Shown piece by piece: positions 59,155 through 64,000 of a stretch of 64,000 nt of DNA. The stretch is taken from positions 124,001 to 188,000 of the forward strand of contig CM074818.1 of assembly GCA_037447605.1 (NCBI GenBank), read 5' to 3'. How positions within the stretch are numbered: the stretch's first letter is position 1; every line of letters begins with the position of its first letter. The notes beneath the pieces are model-generated. The model was given only the letters and a program-made list of their open reading frames with translations, had not been told where the DNA came from and made no database searches. Made by a program: the position numbers and the translations under genes. Source of the stretch: Zygnema circumcarinatum SAG 698-1b (taxonomy: Eukaryota > Plantae > Zygnematophyceae).

Positions 59155-62040
59155 AAACCCTCCCTTTCCTTCCTCGTCTTTGCTCCCTCTCTGTGCTCTT
59201 CCTCCCAACCCCTCCCTTTCTCTCTTCCTCTTCTTTTTGTTTCTATCTCTGTGTTTTCGTCCTAACCCTCCTTTCCTTCCTCTTTCTTGTTTCTATCTCT
59301 GTGCTCTTCGTCCCAGCCCCTCCTTTTCCTTCTTCTTTGCTCTATCTCTGTGTTTTCGTCCTAACCCTCCCTTTCCTTCCTCTTTCTTTTGTTTCTATCT
59401 TCTGTGCTCTTTCTGTCCCAACCCCTCCCTTTCCTTCCTCTCTTCTTTTGCTATATTCTGTGCTCTTCGTCCCAACTCCTCCCTTTTCCTTCCTCTTTCT
59501 TTTGTTTCTATTCTGTGTTTCGTCCCAACCCCTCCTTTCCTTCCTCTTCTTTTTGCTCTTATCTCTGTGCTCTTCTGTCCCAACCTCCCTCCCTTTTCCT
59601 TCCTCTTTCTTTTGTTTCTATCTCTGTGCTTCTTCTGTCCCAACTCCCTCCTTTCCTTCCTCTTCTTTTTGTTTCTATCTCTTGTGCTCTTCGTCCCAAC
59701 TCCCTCCCTTTCCTTCCTCTCTTCTTTTTGCTCTCTATCTCTGTGCTCTTTCTGTCCCAACCCCTCCCTTTCCTTCCTCTCTTCTTTTGCTATATCTCTG
59801 TGCTCTCTGTCCCAACCCCTCCCTTTCCTTCCTCTTCTTTGCTCTATCTCCTGTGCTCTTCGTCCTAACCCTCCCTTTTCCTTCTTCCTCTTCTTTGCTC
59901 TATCTCCTGTGCTCTTCGTCCTAACCCTCCCTTTTCCTTCTTCCTCTTCTTTTTGTTTCTATCTTCTGTGTTTCTGTCCCAACTCCTCCCTTTCCTTCCT
60001 TCTTTCTTTTGTTTCTATCTCTGTGCTTCTTCGTCCCAACCTCCCTCCCTTTCCTTCCTTCTTTCTTTGTTTCTATCTCTGTGCTCTTCGTCCCAACCCC
60101 TCCCTTTCCTTCCTCTCCCTTGCTCTATCTCTGTGCTCTCCGCCCCCTCCCCCCCCTCTCCTCTATCTCTGTGCTCTTGGTCCCAACCCCTCCCTTTCCT
60201 TCCTCTTCTTTGCTCTATCTCTGTGCTCTTCGTCCCAACCCCTCCCTTTCCTTCCTCTTCTTTGCTCTATCTCTGTGCTCTTCGTCCCAACCCCTCCCTT
60301 TCCTTCCTCTTCTTTGCTCTATCTCTGTGCTCTTCGTCCCAACCCCTCCCTTTCCTTCCTCTTCTTTGCTCTATCTCTGTGCTCTTCGTCCCAACCCCTC
60401 CCTTTCCTTCCTCTTCTTTGCCATATCTCTCTGTGCTCTTCGTCCCAACCCCTCCCTTTCCTTCCCCCTCCCTCGTCCCAACCCCTCCCTTTCCTTCCTC
60501 TTCTTTGCTCTACCTCTGTGCTCTTCGTCCCAACCCCTCCCTTTCCTTCCTCTTCTTTGCTCTATCTCTGTGCTCTTCGTCCCAACCCCTCCCTTCCCTT
60601 CCTCTTCTTTGCCATATCTCTGTGCTCTTCCCCTCCCTTCCCTTCCTCTTCTTTGCTCTATCTCTGTGCTCTTCGTCCCAACCCCTCCCTTTCCTTCCTC
60701 TTCTTTGCCATATCTCTGTGCTCTTCGTCCCAACCCCTCCCTTTCCTTCCTCTTCTTTGCTCTATCTCTGTGCTCTTCGTCCCAACCCCTCCCTTTCCTT
60801 CCTCTTCTTTGCTCTATCTCTGTGCTCTTCGTCCCAACCCCTCCCTTTCCTTCCTCTTCTTTGCTCTATCTCTGTGCTCTTCGTCCCAACCCCTCCCTTT
60901 CCTTCCTCTTCTTTGCTCTATCTCTGTGCTCTTCGTCCCAACCCCTCCCTTTCCTTCCTCTTCTTTGCTCTATCTCTGTGCTCTTCGTCCCAACCCCTCC
61001 CTTTCCTTCCTCTTCTTTGCTCTATCTCTGTGCTCTTCGTCCCAACCCCTCCCTTTCCTTCCTCTTCTTTGCTCTATCTCTGTGCTCTTCGTCCCAACCC
61101 CTCCCTTTCCTTCCTCTTCTTTGCTCTATCTCTGTGCTCTTCGTCCCAACCCCTCCCTTTCCTTCCTCTTCTTTGCTCTATCTCTGTGCTCTTCGTCCCA
61201 ACCCCTCCCTTTCCCTTCCTCTTCTTTGCCATATCTCTGTGCTCTTCGTCCCAACCCCTCCCTTCCCTTCCTCTTCTTTGCTCTATCTCTGTGCTCTTCG
61301 TCCCAACCCCTCCTTTCCTTCCTCTTCTTTGCTCTATCTCTGTGCTCTTCGTCCCAACCCCTCCCTTTCCTTCCTCTTCTTTGCTCTATCTCTGTGCTCT
61401 TCGTCCCAACCCCTCCCTTTCCTTTCTCTCTGCTCTATCTCTGTGCTCTTCGTCCCAACCCCTCCCTTTCCTTCCTCTTCTTTGCTCTATCTCTGTGCTC
61501 TTCGTCCCAACCCCTCCCTTTCCTTCCTCTTCTTTGCTCTATCTCTGTGCTCTTCGTCCCAACCCCTCCCTTTCCTTCCTCTTCTTTGCTCTATCTCTGT
61601 GCTCTTCGTCCCAACCCCTCCCTTTCCTTCCTCTTCTTTGCTCTATCTCTGTGCTCTTCGTCCCAACCCCTCCCTTTCCTTCCTCTTCTTTGCTCTATCT
61701 CTGTGCTCTTCGTCCCAACCCCTCCCTTTCCTTCCTCTTCTTTGCTCTATCTCTGTGCTCTTCGTCCCAACCCCTCCCTTTCCTTCCTCTTCTTTGCTCT
61801 ATCTCTGTGCTCTTCGTCCCAACCCCTCCCTTTCCTTCCTCTTCTTTCTTCTTTGCTCTATCTCTGTGCTCTTCGTCCCAACCCCCCCTTCCCCTTTCCT
61901 TTCTCTTCTTTGCTTTGCTCTTATCTCTGTGCTCTTCGTCCCAACCCCTCCCTTTCCTTCCTCTTCTTTGCTCTTATCTCTGTGCTCTTCGTCCCAACCC
62001 CTCCCTTTCCTTCCTCTTCATTGCTCTCTATCTGTACTCT
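59155..62040. repeat. 52-bp tandem satellite, about 55 copies, strongly pyrimidine-biased
   Basis: Unit TCTATCTCTGTGCTCTTCGTCCCAACCCCTCCCTTTCCTTCCTCTTCTTTGC; period confirmed (CCCAACCCC at 60781 and 60833). Confidence 0.97.
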
Positions 62041-62907
62041 TTATCTGTCCCTCGCCTTTTTCGGCGCTTCCTCCTCTCTCGTCCTTACCCCGAGCTCTGG
62101 ACCATTTCAATCTTGGATATTTCTCGAATTCAAAACCTGCATTGGCGGATACAAAAAATACTTTCTTTTTATTCCAAATTGTCTGAATTTGTAATATGAA
62201 GAGAAATTATAAATTTATTTCCTTCCCGAACATATCGGGCATTTATTCACAGTAAGCACATCCAGTACACTGCAATACGTCACAACTCCAACTCCTGTCA
62301 ATTGCCCCAGTTCTACCGTAAATATCATCTATACCGTATATGACAGAAAATATATAACATATATTATGTTGTATGAAAGCCGTTGTCACGGATTCAATTT
62401 TCATCTCTTACTTTCTTTTCCCCTTAGAGCCCGCTTGCAGTTCCAGCGACGTTTGTGTGCAAGACTCCGCCCTCTCCTCGAGCATCATCTCACGGGTGGA
62501 GCCACTTATGCACAGGGTGTACACGTGTCAACTGTTTATTGGCTGCCCCCCCCCATCGCAAGACTTACGTGAATCACCTCCAACCACAATTCGTCACGTG
62601 TACTTTTTGTCCGACGTGACGTGCTGTGATTGGATGTTGTTAACCTGTTATTCTTACAGGTCGCCACGTCGGATGGCCCTGATCCCAGCTCTTGCAAACA
62701 CACCAGTCTCCTAGGGGGGGTGGGGTCCGATTGTCTACAAGATCTCTCCTCCCGAAAGATCCAAGGGGGGGGGAGTGATTAGCCAACATGAAAGTACAAA
62801 TTTTCGCGAAAGGGGGCGCGGATATCCAAAAAATGGGGCGGCTGTATCATTTTCCTTTTTTTCAAGCTGTAATCATTTGATCCACGGTCGGCAGGCCTGC
62901 GGCAGCC

Positions 62908-64000
62908 ATGGCTGCCATGGCTTCCGTTCACCTTGCCTTCACCCTGCTCGCTTGCACCCCTGTTCGCGCCTTCACCTCGTCACTGCCGCCGGCTCCAACT
63001 GGTCGGTCTTTCAATATGGCGCTGCATAGTTCTGGCGTCTCCAAGTACTCTGTCTGTCACGAAAATGAATTTCGTATTGTTTTTTATTTTTGAGGAGCGA
63101 TAGAGAAGCTATTTCTGGGTTTTCAGTGAAGTAAGATGCGATTTAGAGCTTCATCTGGTAACTTAGTCTAATTCAATGAAGGTCAATGAAGCTTGAGTGA
63201 AGTTTCAAAATATCTTCTTTATGTCCCGGTTCCAATGTAAATTTGATGTTTGCAGCAAACTGACGACTTATTGAAGTTTAAACTGCTATTCATCTGCGTC
63301 GACAGAATCTCTGAGCAAGCAGGAAAAGTACATGTTTTGTTGCAAAGGACGCTTATTGTTCTGCGCCCATTCAGATAAAACTTCTTGTTGCTGTCACTTG
63401 CAATGAGTCTAAAACCGACGTGAGTTTTTGCTTCATGGTTGATTTTGTAAGGTTTTGGAGTTTTTTGATGAAGCCGAGGAAAACAAATTGACGTTTTCTC
63501 AGCTCACATCTGCATCCTCGTCCAATTTCTACTTCAGAGCATGCTTCAATCCAGAAGACTACAGTAGTTGCTTCCTTTTGAAGAGAGTAAACAAGTGGTC
63601 AGGAAAGGAACGAAGGCTAAGGAAGTCACGTCTATGTGTTTGGTATTCCAGAAAGTCTTATCAGCTTGCAACTGTGTGTCCATGTATCATTATACTTACG
63701 TACATGTCGTATTACGATAAAAAAAACTATAACGTTTAGTGATTCTGATACTGTTGCGGTTTGCCTTTTTGCCAAGCAGGTGAAGTTTATGACCTTATAC
63801 CTGACCCCAACTTGAAAATTCCTCATTGGAAACAACCATGGACGGGTCCCGATATTCCTCTGACTTTTGAGCATCAAACAAGCACCAATCTACCAGAACA
63901 GGTATCGCATGCTGTGTTACCTTGCATGTGTCCGCTAATCTGACTAGTATTGTTACATTGCGTTGTGTATCATCATTTTTAGGCTTTATGTAGAAAGGTT
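62908..64000 (+). CDS. PAP: Purple acid phosphatase copy D (divergent), first two exons, continues beyond the window
   Basis: Signal-peptide exon ending in a phase-1 intron as in B and C. Exon 63780-63901, GEVYDLIPDPNLKIPHWKQPWTGPDIPLTFEHQTSTNLPEQ, aligns with GTVYDLQPDAYLTKPAFTPNFTSADAPLTFLQQTGTNYPEQ of copy C. Confidence 0.8.

Noticed and set aside
59155-62040. CRISPR-like array
   Set aside because: Head-to-tail repeats with no unique spacers, no cas genes, eukaryotic context.
59180-62199. ORFs of 1004, 748 and 725 aa
   Set aside because: They arise from the stop-free 52-bp pyrimidine-rich satellite and give the same low-complexity peptide in all three frames.

Overview
Intron-rich eukaryotic nuclear DNA from the green lineage. 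It is probably a streptophyte alga, judging by the plant-type gene set, GC-rich promoters and first exons, and TTTTAGGG-type telomeric repeats; the species cannot be named from sequence alone. The left 41 kb hold eight multi-exon housekeeping genes: an ABCC transporter (partial), succinyl-CoA ligase alpha, a plastid cyclophilin, TROL/STR4, an AGD8-10-like ArfGAP, an R2R3-MYB, thioredoxin y and golgin GC5. Next come a telomere-like tract and a 100-N gap. The right 22 kb are a tandem array of at least four purple acid phosphatase (PAP) genes, three with visible signal peptides, with P1BS-type motifs upstream. The array is interrupted by a 2.9-kb 52-bp satellite and by the most notable object here: a 5.5-kb DNA transposon (48897-54395). 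It has perfect 18-bp terminal inverted repeats (TIRs) and a 3-bp ATT target-site duplication (TSD). It carries a transposase-like 5' fragment and an intron-containing TrmL tRNA methyltransferase gene. That gene appears to lack one conserved exon and has a tRNA-like cloverleaf in the corresponding intron. Two short MITEs of the same TIR family are also present. Gene models were assembled by eye from GT/GC-AG junctions and remembered family motifs; no database searches were run.
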